Shown: positions 1 through 12,365, counted from the whole stretch's first letter. The stretch is 63,976 nucleotides of DNA, filler included, from Octopus bimaculoides (GCF_001194135.2; 7 parts of 6 records of this genome joined end to end with filler, not necessarily neighbours in it), one strand, 5' to 3'. Notes: generated by a model not told the origin, from the sequence alone. A program made the numbers and translations.

Positions 1-19
1 TATATATATATATATATAT

Positions 20-1220
20 TGATGCGACGACCGAAGATGCAATTAGCACTATATCCCTATCTCCCGGGCTGGGTTTTGAACCCGTACTCTAGTCAGTTGG
101 GGAAGGTGGTATTTCCTTTGTCTTGTCGGCAACCACAGCTATTTTTAGCGTAGCTGCCCCTTTCCGGTCAGCGAAAGTTCAAAAAGGCAGCATAGGAATT
201 TTACCGAACGACCCATCTTGGCAGGGGGTAAAGTAGCACAATGAGCTGTGGTATTTGGGATGAATAGGAGAACAGAAATTGGCGGCAAAAGCAGTTAGCA
301 GAGAATTTTGGCCAGTGGAGTTCTGGCAGCCGGCAGAGGTAGTTGTGTTGTAGCAGCCAGCCGGAGCGGTTGGGAGACAGCAGTTTGGCCGTTGAGATGG
401 GGCGAGTCGAGGAGATGAAGTGAAGATGAAGAATAAGTCTGACTGAGAGAAAGCTATGGTCAGCAGAAAGAAGATGAAGAATAAGTCTGACAGAGAAAGC
501 TATGGTCAGCAGAAAGAAGATGAACAATAAGTCTGACAGAGAAAGCTATGGTCAGCAGAAAGAAGATGAAGAATAAGTCTGACAGAGAAAGCTATGGTCA
601 GCAGAAATGTATAGAGTCCCAGAGAGAGAGAGGGACAGAGAGATGGGATACTGGCAGCCAAATGCGATGGCAGTAGTCAGTTGTTTACCTCTTGGATTAT
701 AGTGAGTTTTGTGAAAGAAACGAATTGAGTACAGTAAAGGTTTGTTACAAATATTCTTCCAAAAAATGTATTTGTTTGATGTTTAAAGAAAAAGACTGTT
801 AACTTGAGAGAGAAAGAACTTTTACATGTGTAACTGAAAAGAGAAAACAAAGAAAGAAAGAACTTTTGATGGACTTAATGATTGCGAACCCTTGATTATG
901 TTCACGCAATGTCATACCATTATATGCTATTGAACTGTTATGTAATGTTTCGAAATGTATTCTCATGTTTATGTAATGCTTTATTCTCATGCTTTTGATG
1001 TTATGTAAAAAAAAAAGGTTACCCAACGCATGGTCTTCGTGTTGTTTCTTCCTCCCCTCCTTTTGCCTGTGTTGTTCTTCGTTACGTGCTCCAGCCGGGG
1101 CTTTATTATCGGTCAGGTGACCGACGGACGAATTTGCTAGCTCACTGAGTGTTGAACGTTCGCGCGTGCGCGGGTCCCCTCTTCGGTGTTAAGGTGCTTC
1201 GCGTGCGGGCGTTCGTAACA
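20..1220. mobile_element. Probable solo LTR (Gypsy-like) inserted in a (TA)n tract
   Basis: The segment begins TGATGCG and ends CGTAACA (TG...CA termini). It is flanked by ATAT on both sides, though this is ambiguous inside a TA tract. It is GC-richer than its flanks, contains an internal tandem repeat and has no recognisable ORF. Confidence 0.5.
423..607. repeat. Tandem repeat, 46-bp unit x4
   Basis: Unit AAGATGAAGAATAAGTCTGACAGAGAAAGCTATGGTCAGCAGAAAG starts at 423, 471, 517 and 563. Copies are near-identical with no spacers. Confidence 0.9.
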
Positions 1221-1249
1221 ATATATATATATATATATATATGTATAAG

Positions 1250-1288
<39 letters not shown>

Positions 1289-1294
1289 CATATA

Positions 1295-1437
1295 TATGTA
1301 TGTCTGTCTGTATTTGTCCCCCCAACATTGCTTGACAACCGACGGTGGTATGTTTACGTCCCTGTAACCTAGCAGTTTGGCAAAGGAGACCGATAGAATA
1401 ATTACTAGGCTTACGAAGAATAAGTCCTGGCGTCGAT
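1295..1437 (+). mobile_element. SINE type A, 3' half
   Basis: Matches the recurring tail GCTTGACAACCGA..GTTTACGTCCCTGTAAC..GACCGATAGAATAA..GAATAAGTCCTGG seen in the full copy at 60639-61031. Confidence 0.8.
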
Positions 1438-1440
1438 GAA

Positions 1441-1474
<34 letters not shown>

Positions 1475-1654
1475 ATATACATATGTATATATAAAATATA
1501 TATATGTTAAATATATATTTATATGAAATATATATATAAGATAGATATATATACATATATTTATGTGTGAAAGATATATATAAGATATACATATGAAATA
1601 TATATATATAAGATATATATACATATAAGTAAATAATAATAATGGTATTTTTAT

Positions 1655-2095
1655 ATAAACTTAAAGCTTATGGCGATCACCGCGCAATGGCTAAGAAAAA
1701 TAGTCTAATAAAGGGGCATATAAGCCCTCAACAAGAAAAAGGAAGGCTTTCCCATCCGCGTGTAAGTCGATCCCACATCTCTTTGTTAAAGCGTCCGTGT
1801 TACCTTTACACCAGCGAATCAGCCTCCCAATTTATGTCAAATTTCAGAACTTCGTGTCTGTAAACAAACTTTCTATATGCTTTCGGTGCGAATGTTTTTT
1901 GTTTTTTTATACGGCGCTGAGTTTACCATCATGTAAATAATAAGTTTATTTGTAAATAAGCTTAAACCTTATGGCGATCACCGTGCAATAACTAAAATAA
2001 TCTAATAAAGGGGCATATAAGCCCTCGACAGTAAAAAGAAGGCTTTCCTATCCGCATGGGAGTCGAACCCACATCTCTTCTTTAACGCGACTAAG
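1655..2095. repeat. Diverged tandem duplication, period about 301 bp (1 full + 1 partial copy)
   Basis: TTATGGCGATCACC occurs at 1668 and 1969. Both copies continue CTAATAAAGGGGCATATAAGCCCTC..GAAGGCTTTCC.ATCCGC..AGTCGA.CCCACATCTCTT. Confidence 0.75.
1753..1820 (-). pseudogene. Degenerate tRNA-like sequence (Val-like) within the tandem unit
   Basis: The minus strand shows an ATTCGC/GCGGAT acceptor stem and a D-arm GTGT-AAAGGTA-ACAC. The second copy (about 2049-2095) keeps the T-arm GTGGG-TTCGACT-CCCAT. The anticodon arm does not pair. Confidence 0.45.
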
Positions 2096-2556
2096 TGTAT
2101 TATCTTTATTCCACTTGTTATTCTTAATATTTTTGTTTTTGGTGTAAAAACTGCCCTCAGTATTGTTGTAGATCGTAAATTTATGGTTATAATTATTCTT
2201 ATTCTTTCTATTGTTATTTTTATTGCTATTGCTATCAGCTTTGGTAGGGTTGTTCCTATTCGATTTATTTATTTTATTTACTTTGGTATTATAATTGCTA
2301 ACAGGGACTTTATTGGCTCCTTTAGGTGTATTATTTTTTTTTTATTGTTATTATTATTATCCTTATTATTATTATCATTACCATTATTAGTATTATTATC
2401 GTTATTATAGCTAATATTATTAATACTGGATCTTTGTGATTTGACGGGCAACACTTGTTTTCTTAACGAAACACTTTCAAACTTGGGACACTGGTAGAAT
2501 GTGTCATACAAAACAACTTTTTCTCTTAGCCTTCTTAACAAAAAAATGTACATCGC

Positions 2557-3114
2557 AAGTTATTTCATGTTAAAGTTGTCGTATTTCTGTAATTTCAACC
2601 AATCACTGACGTCTATTCAGCTGAATACAGTCAGTGCTGCCCGGTCATAAAAATGTTATTCCCTGTGACATATTTCATCCGGTTTAATCGTAATTTATAC
2701 GCATATATTGTTTATATACTAAATTACGCTGTGTGTGTATATTTTTCCCATATCCTCACTCATAACCCTAACCCTAACCCCAACCCCAACCCTAACCCTA
2801 ACTCTAAAACCCGAACCCTAACCCTAAACTAGAGTTTGATTTGAAGAAGATTTGGCTGCTATTTCTAGGAAATGAAGCACTTGGTGGAGGTGCATTAATA
2901 ATTCTGGTAGCTCCAATAACAAGTGCAGGCAATATTCAAGTATTTTGATGGATTTTCCCCTTTGTTTACGAACAGTCTAGTTAATCGGAAATGTCAGAAC
3001 TAACGGGGATTAATACCATATACACCGTCACAGCAGTTACTGTATTCAACTGAATAGACGTCAGTGATTAGTTGTAATTATCGAAATAAGACAATTTTTA
3101 ACGTGAAATAACTT
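2557..3114. mobile_element. MITE / non-autonomous DNA element with about 75-bp imperfect TIRs
   Basis: AAGTTATTTCATGTTAAAGTTGTCGTATTTCTGTAATTTCAACCAATCACTGACGTCTATTCAGCTGAATACAGT is mirrored at about 3039-3114. No clean TSD was found. Confidence 0.75.
2766..2828. repeat. Degenerate interstitial (CCCTAA)n tract inside the MITE
   Basis: TAACCCTAACCCTAACCCCAACCCCAACCCTAACCCTAACTCTAAAACCCGAACCCTAACCCTAA. Confidence 0.85.
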
Positions 3115-3772
3115 CGAATACAAAATTTATTATCTNNNNNNNNNNNNNNNNNNNNNNNNNNNNNNNNNNNNNNNNNNNNNNNNNNNNNNNNNNNNNNNNN
3201 NNNNNNNNNNNNNNNNNNNNNNNNNNNNNNNNNNNNNNNNNNNNNNNNNNNNNNNNNNNNNNNNNNNNNNNNNNNNNNNNNNNNNNNNNNNNNNNNNNNN
3301 NNNNNNNNNNNNNNNNNNNNNNNNNNNNNNNNNNNNNNNNNNNNNNNNNNNNNNNNNNNNNNNNNNNNNNNNNNNNNNNNNNNNNNNNNNNNNNNNNNNN
3401 NNNNNNNNNNNNNNNNNNNNNNNNNNNNNNNNNNNNNNNNNNNNNNNNNNNNNNNNNNNNNNNNNNNNNNNNNNNNNNNNNNNNNNNNNNNNNNNNNNNN
3501 NNNNNNNNNNNNNNNNNNNNNNNNNNNNNNNNNNNNNNNNNNNNNNNNNNNNNNNNNNNNNNNNNNNNNNNNNNNNNNNNNNNNNNNNNNNNNNNNNNNN
3601 NNNNNNNNNNNNNNNNNNNNNNNNNNNNNNNNNNNNNNNNNNNNNNNNNNNNNNNNNNNNNNNNNNNNNNNNNNNNNNNNNNNNNNNNNNNNNNNNNNNN
3701 NNNNNNNNNNNNNNNNNNNNNNNNNNNNNNNNNNNNNNNNNNNNNNNNNNNNNNNNNNNNNNNNNNNNNNNN

Positions 3773-4095
3773 ATGCCTGTTGAGATACTCTGTAGGCGCA
3801 AGCAGACTGCACATGGAGACAACATGATCGATCGTCTCATTTTGTTGTTGGCATATACGACATAATGGGGAGTTGCCGTTCTTTAATATGTTGGCCTGGT
3901 AGTTCTTTGTAGGTAGGCATTGATCTTGGGCTGCTATGATAAACCCCTCTGTTTCTGATTTCAAGCCAGAGGTCATTAGCCATTGATGGGTAAGGGCTTT
4001 GTCAATATCTGCATTATTCGCTTTCTTTGGGTATTTGCCATTGAGAGGTTTTCCATGCCATTTTTCAGTCATAATATCTAAGACAGCAATTTTAG
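3773..4095 (-). mobile_element. R4/Dong-clade non-LTR retrotransposon fragment (CCHC zinc-knuckle region)
   Basis: Translation WHGKPLNGKY..WLMTSGLKSETEGFIIAAQDQCLPTKNY..CRICQQQNETIDHVVSMC..LAPTEYLNRH. The fragment abuts an (AAT)n tract and is cut by a gap. Confidence 0.9.
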
Positions 4096-4099
4096 CACG

Positions 4100-4149
<50 letters not shown>

Positions 4150-4412
4150 GTTATTATTGTGATTATTATTATAAATATTTTGGCTATTATTACTATTGTA
4201 GATATTTATGTTATTCGGGTTATTTTTATAAGGCTCCGAGTAAAGGTACTTAATTTTCCAATGCAGTTTTATAGTGTTCCTTATACTTATTGAAGATACC
4301 TTTGTTGTACGAGAGACAAAAATGTAAGCCTAAAGACTTAACGAACTTTTTTCCTTTTTTCCTCTTCTCCTTTTTCTTTTCCTTTTTCCCTTTTCTACAC
4401 AAATTCGAAACA

Positions 4413-4447
<35 letters not shown>

Positions 4448-4456
4448 ATGAACTTC

Positions 4457-4587
4457 CACCCAGTTTCCGTCTACCACATTCACTTACAAGTCATTGCTCG
4501 GCTTGCTTCGGGTTATAGCAAGAGGCATTTACCCAAAGTGCAGCGCGGTGAGACTGAGCCCGAAACCATGTGGATTCAAAGCGAACT
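4457..4587 (-). mobile_element. SINE type A, tRNA-derived head, diverged
   Basis: Reverse complement of CACATGG..GGGTTCAGTC..TTGGG..TATA..GTGGTAGACGGAAACTG. Confidence 0.65.
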
Positions 4588-4619
4588 AAATTTATTATTT
4601 ATTTCATCCATTTAACCTG

Positions 4620-4990
4620 TAATTTTTTAACCCCAGACCATCCTTACTAGGCATTGTTTTCATCAACGGCATTCCACCTGTGATCACCTTCTTCGATTTT
4701 TGTTGTTTCTTTTTGTTAGATGTAGGATGACATTGATCAATATCAGTAGCGTTGCTACCGGTGGGGGGGCCGAGTGAAGTCCATCCCGGACGAAGTTTTT
4801 ATAGGGACAGCAATTTTGGGTCTGCTGTACAAGTCCTGGAGGCCCCAAGGGCGGCAGACTCAAGGGTTGCCCCGGACGGCGCAGACTGTCTATGCCACAG
4901 ATCGATGTACCCTTTTATTTTACGACGGTAGCGTCATTGAAAGATGTGACTGCTATTTCTAGCAGGTCGAGCAACAACGCAGATACTCCC
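4620..4990. repeat. Interspersed repeat remnant carrying the recurrent GACTGCTATTTCTAGC motif
   Basis: The (T)GG/GA-CTGCTATTTC motif recurs near 2862, 4947, 24566, 30983 and 43754. Confidence 0.4.
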
Positions 4991-5194
4991 TCGTTGACTC
5001 CTTATAACTACTTCCACATAGGTGCGGTATGTATATTGTAGAACAAGAGATAAACTTCCAAGAAATCGAGGCCACTGAGCAGTTTCAATTCCTATTTGAA
5101 ATTTGAAATGATTTCTTTTCACTTCAGCTATTCTCTTGCATTATCCTTAACCATAAACCCGTCTTTAGTAAGTGAAGTAATTATTTTATGTCAG

Positions 5195-5350
5195 GTGAAT
5201 TGGTGTCAAACAAAATACCTTTTGGAATTTTGTTACGTCTCTTTATGTTCTGAGTTCAAATTCCGTCAAATTTGACTACGTCTTTCATTCGTTCGAGGGT
5301 CGGAAAAAATGGTATCAGTATTTATACTTCAGTTGATTTAATCGAGTGTA
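5195..5350 (+). mobile_element. SINE type B (tRNA-derived), diverged
   Basis: B-box-like GTTCTGAGTTCAAATTCCG followed by a CTTTCAT..GGTCG..AAA..GTA.CAG core. Confidence 0.6.
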
Positions 5351-5439
5351 TTCATAATCTAAAAAGCCTGACTATGCGAACCAGCAATCTATCGAAACCA
5401 GATCAAGGAGGAAAGGATATAGCTTTAGCTGGAACACAC

Positions 5440-5640
5440 CTTACAAAAATTGCCCTTCGATTGATACCGCAAGGAGACGCAAGCGTGGCAAACCAAAAGC
5501 AACATAGAGACGGTTCACAGAAACTGAAGTACCACTGGCAAGCGGCTGCTCCTAGGGGTCAACTGAAATCTATTGCAAATGATCGAGATAGATAGAGGTA
5601 TCTTGTTGGTAGCCTGTGCTCTACACGGAGTTAAACGATT
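5440..5640 (+). mobile_element. RTE-clade LINE 3' end fragment
   Basis: Across frameshifts it reads LTKIALR.IPQG.RKRGKPK..RR...ELK..W..A....NDRDR.R.LVGSLCST, a typical RTE C-terminus. Confidence 0.65.
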
Positions 5641-5745
5641 CAGAAGATACGTCAGTGTTAGAAATCACTGTGAGATATATTCAGGAATATTTTTCAGTCA
5701 GAGGTTAGATATACCAATTTCAGTATGAAAAAGGAGAATAACGTT

Positions 5746-5961
5746 GAGGAATGGCTGTGTGATTCGAAGCTTACTTCCAACCACATGGCTCCGGGTTCAG
5801 TCCCACTCATGGTACCTTGAGCAAGTGTCTTCTACTATAGCCTCGGGCCGATGAAAGCTTTTTTTAGTGGATATGGTAGACGGAAACTGAAAGAAGCTCG
5901 TCGTATATATATACCTGTGTTTATGTCTTTATGTTGTTTGTGCCCCTCACTACCGCTTGAC
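5746..5961 (+). mobile_element. SINE type A (tRNA head + CORE-like domain)
   Basis: GGCTGTGTG..CCAACCACATGGCTCCGGGTTCAGTCCCACT..CCTTGAGCAAGTGTCTTCTACTATAGCCTCGGG..GGTAGACGGAAACTGAAAGAAG. Confidence 0.85.
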
Positions 5962-6204
5962 AGAGAAGTTATGGGAGGAGTTATACAAACGAGAAATCTG
6001 TGTTATTTAATTTTAAGGTAATATATATTTTTCTTTTCTTTTATATGTATACAGTACCTTAAAGTATACATGTTTTAAGGTAATGTATATTCTTCCATAA
6101 TTTTATCTTAAAATAATGTATATTAGCATTTATTTTCTCGTTTTGTATAACGACCAAGAAATTTTATAAAAGTTGAATTATGATCATTATATATTTTCCA
6201 TATT

Positions 6205-6730
6205 ATTTCCTGATGTTACTCATGATGGTAAAAACTATTCTGTTCCAATGATTCTTCCCTGTAGAAATTACAAAGAAATCAGATATCGTCGTCTGGTGTG
6301 AGGATAAGAAAATAGCAAGTTTGGTCGACGATTCCCCATGAAAATAACGTGGACGCCACTCGAACTCGAAAGAGCGACCAACATAGACATCTCCTCGAAG
6401 ACTGACTGGAAAGCTGAACATTATCCAATTGAAGTTGCATGTATAGGATTTCTTGGAAGCAACATGAGGCTGTAGTTGTCGCTCGGCCTAATTCAACCTA
6501 AAACAAATATCATTATGAGTGATATCCAAACTAACGTGGAGAAAGAAAGCCACTAGATGTGGTTAAAAAGAGATGATGTGCAATGACCACAAGAATATTG
6601 AATGAAACCTAGCAGCCAGTTGATCTAGCAAGTGGTGCCTCACCTCGATGAATTAGGGCTGGCGCGTAATAATGCCGTCGAGAAGAAGCCTCCGAAACGG
6701 ATCATATTCTCTCCTCATGGTTCAATAAAC
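6205..6730 (+). mobile_element. HERO/NeSL-like non-LTR 3' fragment (REL endonuclease)
   Basis: Degenerate translation FPVEITKKSDIVVWCEDKK..TIPHENNVDA..RK....HLLED..WKAEHYPIEVACIGFLG...EKESH.MWLKR, which is PD-(D/E)xK-like. Confidence 0.65.
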
Positions 6731-7934
6731 TTACTAGTTTCTTGTATGCGGAGCTTTCAACTAGTAGCACTTGTACCAGCGAGTTTGCAAATATATAATC
6801 GAATACACAATGACATTTAATAGATCGAAAGAGAGCATATCATCAATATGTAAAAGTTAAGTATTTCACGTTGCCACACGCACACACACACAAAACAACT
6901 GCATTATTATTGTAGATCTCTTTTTCTTAAATAAAAACACTTTTTCTCTATAATACATTCATTTATTCATTTACACGCATAGATACACATACTGACAGTC
7001 ATACATAGAGACTCACATCCACATACGAAGTCTCAGACTTTTAACCCAACTTTTCATATACTCTCACCCTCTCTTGCGTAAGTCCACGTAAATCCGCTTG
7101 CGAACACATACACACGCTCACATACATTCTCTTTGCAACACCACTACTGACTTCTCTCCCTCTTTTGCTCCCTCTCTCCCACCCTCTAACACGCACACAC
7201 ACACACACACACAAAGGCACCAGTGTACACATTTTTGTTGATTACCAGTTTCAGGTAAGAAGGTAAGATACAACAGCTGAATGGAAATAAACGAGAGAGG
7301 GAGGGAAGAGGGAGAGACAGACCGACAGACAGACAGAGACAGATAGAACGACAAAGAGAGAAAGATCGAGAGAGAGAATACAAATATCTCAACATCTTCA
7401 TTGTCTTTATTTTACAAATAGGTAAGGTAACAGATGTGTATGGTATTGTGTGGGAGGGAGCGCTGGAGGAATTTTTGTAGCAAAATCGATATGACGGTTT
7501 TCTAGCAGAGTAATCATATATATATATATGGCTATGATTGTCGTATTTAGCTACGAGATTCTGGGCTATTGATTATTGCTGAAGTTAAGTTCACAAATTG
7601 AAAGGTCTGAAAAAAAATACGATAGACTTGATAGCGATGTATATTGTAAGTGTATGAGAATGTGTGTGAGATGTGAGAATTTGTGTATGTGTGTGTATGT
7701 GTGCGTGTGTGTGTGGTGTGTATGCCTGCGTGTGCAGGCACACACGGCTGTATGGCTAAATGGTTTGTATGTGTGTATATACACACACACACACACACAT
7801 ATATATATAAACATAAGTAGATGCATATATATCTATAAACATATATATAGATATATATATATACTTACGTGCATATGCACCGTTACATGTACATACATAC
7901 ATACATACATACATACATACATACATACATACAT

Positions 7935-8430
7935 ACATGGTATTACTTCCCTATGCAGCACGATGTTGTTGCTAAAACAATTTACAATGCCATCCGCAAA
8001 AAAAAGACTGTCTTGAAATAAACTTGGAAAAATCTCTCTGTTATGGAATACATTCATAAACACCAACTCAAGGAATACTGGTGGAATATTGCCATCAAAA
8101 TTTCTGTCAAAACATAACAGACCGAATATTGTTGCTTGGGACAGAGGGACAAAGGCATGTACCGTCATAGAGGTCAGCTGCCTTGCAGATAAAAATATTT
8201 TTTTGAGAATCAAGGACAACTGCTTCGAAACCTCCAGCTTCTATATCCAGACTATGAATTCATATTCATACCAATAATGATTGGATCACTAGGTTTAGTT
8301 AATAAATGCTTAAAGGAGAATCTGGATAAACTGGGATTTTCAGAAAGAGAAATCGACCGGCTAATTTGTGCAAGTGCAACCTGTGAGTAGAACAATAAAA
8401 TTATGCAAGACTTTTCTCAGGTTCCAAATG
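7935..8430 (+). mobile_element. REL-type (R4-like) non-LTR 3' fragment
   Basis: YFPMQHDVVAKTIYNAI..WWNIAIK..KHNRPNIVAWDRGTKACTVIEVSCLADKNI..YEFIFIPIMIGSLG..LDKLGF...KLCKTFLRF. Confidence 0.7.
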
Positions 8431-8689
8431 TGAATTTGTCTGTGTTAACTACATCCTAAAGATGGACCCTTGCATCTTTGTTGGAAACGGGCTCCTTCCT
8501 CAGTTGAAGATTTGTTGTAATTGAAAAAATAGAAGAGACATACATATATATACATTACATACACACACATATGTACAATTTCGAAAACATTGCTGAGGTA
8601 AAAAAAAAACCATCACTTTGAACAAACAACAATAAAAGGTTCAGAATTCCAAATATTCTATGGAAACAGTTTTATTACTTTTGTTTCTG

Positions 8690-9260
8690 TAAATACACCA
8701 CACTAGACGCCGATTAAAATCTTAAGGATTAATTCTACAGCCAACTGAACGCGATGCACTTCAAAGTATCAACAAGAGACAAGCACGTTCTACTTCGTGG
8801 CTTGGACTTGAGAATTAAGTAATGCAACCGGTTATGGCAAAACGTGATGAACCAAAATCAGAATTGGAAATCATTATGCAAAGTGCTTGCTGTTTAGAAA
8901 CAAAGACTCTGTGGTAAAGATTTCTGGTACAGAATTCTTTATCATTAATGCCAAATTCTGGTTTCCAAATTGTAAACTATCGACAATATACAACCTAGCG
9001 TAGAGATCAGGTGTCACTGCAACGGAGAACTTTTCAACTCCTCCAGACTCCACTCACAATGACTGTACATGTTACCCGGATCATCGAGCTGCAGTTAACA
9101 GATGACAATATTTCGTCAGAACATACGAGAAGATACAGCAATTAGTCAATAACTCGTAAGATCGCTTTGGTTTCAGATTTACATCCAGAAAATCAAAATG
9201 CTCGCACAATCTGTCTCAATAACAACCCTTCTAAATTTCAAGATCATCGATTGAATAATT
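8690..9260 (+). mobile_element. RTE-clade LINE remnant, internally deleted (APE piece joined to the post-YADD RT piece)
   Basis: KD.FYSQLNAM..RDKHVLLRG (APE-like), then TDDN..EH.KKIQQLVN...RFG (RT domain 5-7-like). Confidence 0.5.
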
Positions 9261-9264
9261 TCCC

Positions 9265-10745
9265 TTACTTTGGAAGTTCCCTCTCAGCGTAATACAACTC
9301 TGAAATGGATTTGTGGGAAATAGGATCTGTGGTAGTCATGTTGCTTTTGGAAACAGGCCCATTGCATCTCCAGAAACAAAAAATTTGATTGACATACTTT
9401 TCTGGCAAGTCGAACCACTGTAATAGCTTACAAACTGTAATCTTAACTACACAATCAAAGGTCCTTTCATAGTATACAAAAGTCATTAGTAAAGGCTGCT
9501 TGAATTCAACATTTTGTGATATAATATGCTTGAAGAAATATCATTAGAAAATCGCGATCGCTGGCAGCGTACTAATTTATCCCTTAGTAACTTTCCAATA
9601 CAATCTGTATCCTATTCAGTACAATCAAACTGAACACTTTCAACACTAGTTTACTCCACCATCTTCCACACTATCTGAGATCCTCACTGTCCCTCACCAC
9701 CCCCGCACATTTTTTATATCTTCCTCCCTACTCTAGCCTTTCAGTCTCCATGTCTGTGTTCAATATTCCATATATTACGAAACAGATTCAATAATGCTTA
9801 CGTACTTATCTGTTTTTAGCATTTCTCTTGCAATCCCATCTAATCCAAGAGCTTCTACTTCTTTAATTGCTCAACAGCTCTATTTCTTCAAAAGCTATTT
9901 CATGTACAATCACTTCTAGTTCCTGTTGTGGTTCAGGAATTAGAAGCACATTTCTCTCATAAACAGCGTCTTCCATTTTCCTTCGTTATTTATATCAAAT
10001 CATATTAGTAACTATAAAATCCAGGTAGGCTTTTTGGTCTCTTTGATTTGCCTGTTAGCTCATTATTTCATAAGTTATTCTTCCTTTCTTATTTCTCTGC
10101 TGTCTACTACATTGAATAATGTATTTGTTTCCTCATCTTGCACTTGCAAGAACCTTCTTTTATCTTTTCTGTAACATCTTTTCATCTCTATGTTGAGCTA
10201 TTTAGCTATTTCCACTTTAAGGACCGTCTAATTCTCTTTCCAACTACTTTCATGCCTCAGTAATTTCCCATCCTTTCATCTGAAATTCTGTTTCTTCCTT
10301 TTGCTTCTTTTTTCACCCAGAACACCTCTGGCTTCATTCTACAAAACTACTTTTAAATTCTTCTTTGCATTATTGATATCTATATCTTCATTTGCTGCTT
10401 CAAGCACTACAAATAGATTTCGACATTCAATTACAAACTTATCTTTAATTTTTTGATCCTTCAACTTTTCTGTATGTAATCTGATAATCCTCCTTTTTTC
10501 TTTAACCTCCATCTTCAACTGAATTATCCCTATTACAAATCAATGATCATTTCCAGTCTCTGTACTTCTTTGCGTTCTAACATCTACCACAGATTTTCTT
10601 TACATTGCTAATTTATCACAATATTATTTATATGATTTATGATGTCTAAAGATATTTTAATGATTCCTTCCTTTTAATGAGAGGTATCTCCTATGATGAC
10701 ATTGTTGATTGCACAGAAGCTGATCAATCTGACACTATTTTTCAT

Positions 10746-10801
<56 letters not shown>

Positions 10802-10846
10802 NNNNNNNNNNNNNNNNNNNNNNNNNNNNNNNNNNNNNNNNNNNNN

Positions 10847-10911
<65 letters not shown>

Positions 10912-11290
10912 CCTTCATGTATCATACCTCTTTTACAGGTGGTCAGCAATCATGGACCTCCATTCTAAAGGCTACAGATTCATGATTTTTCTTGAGAAAG
11001 ATACAGCAATAGTTTCCAGTTACCTTCAACCGTTTTATTTAGTTCACCCTATTAATCTACAGCTCTTCCGAGTTTACCCTTGAGGTACAGAGCTATGTAG
11101 CTCTTAAGTGATGAACTAGTTCATCTTATATCAGAGCATGTCCATACACGGGTAGGTCTGTGTGACACATGTCTTGGGGTCAGCCTTCCTTTAAATCCTA
11201 TATATGCCTTAGTGACAGGAACATCTTCTACTATTTGATCCATTTCTAGAGTCTTTAACAGGTACTACTAACTTGAGCCAGAGTGGATCT
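9265..11290 (-). mobile_element. RTE-clade LINE remnant (APE + N-terminal RT), highly degenerate, interrupted by (GA)n
   Basis: ORF pieces GMKNSVRLISFCAINNVIIGDT (APE) and FVYYERTFDCV..VCKLLQWFDLPEKYV (RT, F.D..KAFD.V motif). Confidence 0.7.
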
Positions 11291-12230
11291 AGTAGCAGTT
11301 GAAACTAAGGAGTGACTCCATACTCTCAAAATCGTTTGAACTGCTGAGCTGGAGTCTCAATGTCTTACCCAGGACAATATTTTTCTTTACCATGTATGCC
11401 CACCTTCAAAGGTTCCATACCTTTGTTGTTAGTGTTAGATTTCACATTCAAATAATCAATCCCAATATTTATATTTCTTCTGGTATACTTTCTTTTGTAA
11501 CTATTGATAGAAGAATCTTTCTCTTCATTGATGATTTGTTTTTAGATGCGTAACAAATAGAAATACTAAGGTTGTATTGTATTCTGCTATTGGTTAAAAG
11601 TTTCCATTCAGATAATAAGCCTTTTATTTAAAATCAAGCTAAAACAAAAAGATAAAACGTCAGCGTGTAGCAAAACATAAAAATTCAAAATGTCTGGAGT
11701 GGTTTGTTGTGGTAACTACGTAGAGAAAAACTGTGCTACAGTAGCGAAGTCCAAATATGCCAAACATTGTCTAATTACATCATTGCTACTCAGCACCGTA
11801 TGATGTAGCGGTACAATGGGGAAATGCCAAAATCGTTCTGATCTCTAGTTGAGAGTTGATGAAGGAGGTTTCTCATAGTGTATGCTGAATGAAAAATAAA
11901 ATAATAAAAAAGGGTACTTTCAAGTCACAGATGAAAAACACAGCATTGAAAAGTGTGTTGAAATTTCAAAATCTTTAACTTCCAAAACCATGCAAAAGAC
12001 ATATATACAAGTGGCAGAAATAAGCTGAGACACTGTCCAATAATAAATATATAACTTCGGACTTATATTTGAATTTCTTCAAACCGAATTTAAATTATTA
12101 TTATTATCTGAATAATTAATAAAATGATCACATGGCATCATCAACAGTTTAGTCGGAAATATCGGAATGTGAGCCAGAGATAGAGAATGTGTTACTTAAA
12201 CATTAACATTAGTGAGTAAAGTCACGAAAT

Positions 12231-12365
12231 AGCGTCGGTTTCTGTTGCGCCCAATAGGTAGATATAAAGTTTTTAGCATCGGCTTCTAATATGCTTAATG
12301 AGAAGATATAAAGTTTAGCATCGGCTTCTATTATGCCTAATGAATAGATATATAGTTGAGCATCT
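12231..12365. repeat. Degenerate tandem repeat, 42-44-bp unit x3, plus a solo unit at about 12657
   Basis: AGC(A/G)TCGG.TTCT starts at 12231, 12275 and 12317 (partial at 12359), and again at 12657. Confidence 0.6.

Noticed and set aside
423-607. CRISPR-like array
   Set aside because: The units are contiguous with no unique spacers, and the context is eukaryotic.
7240-7270. Tandem CAG/GTAAGA and AAG/GTAAGA donor-like sites (possible first exon)
   Set aside because: Splice-site 9-mers alone are not sufficient evidence without transcript data.
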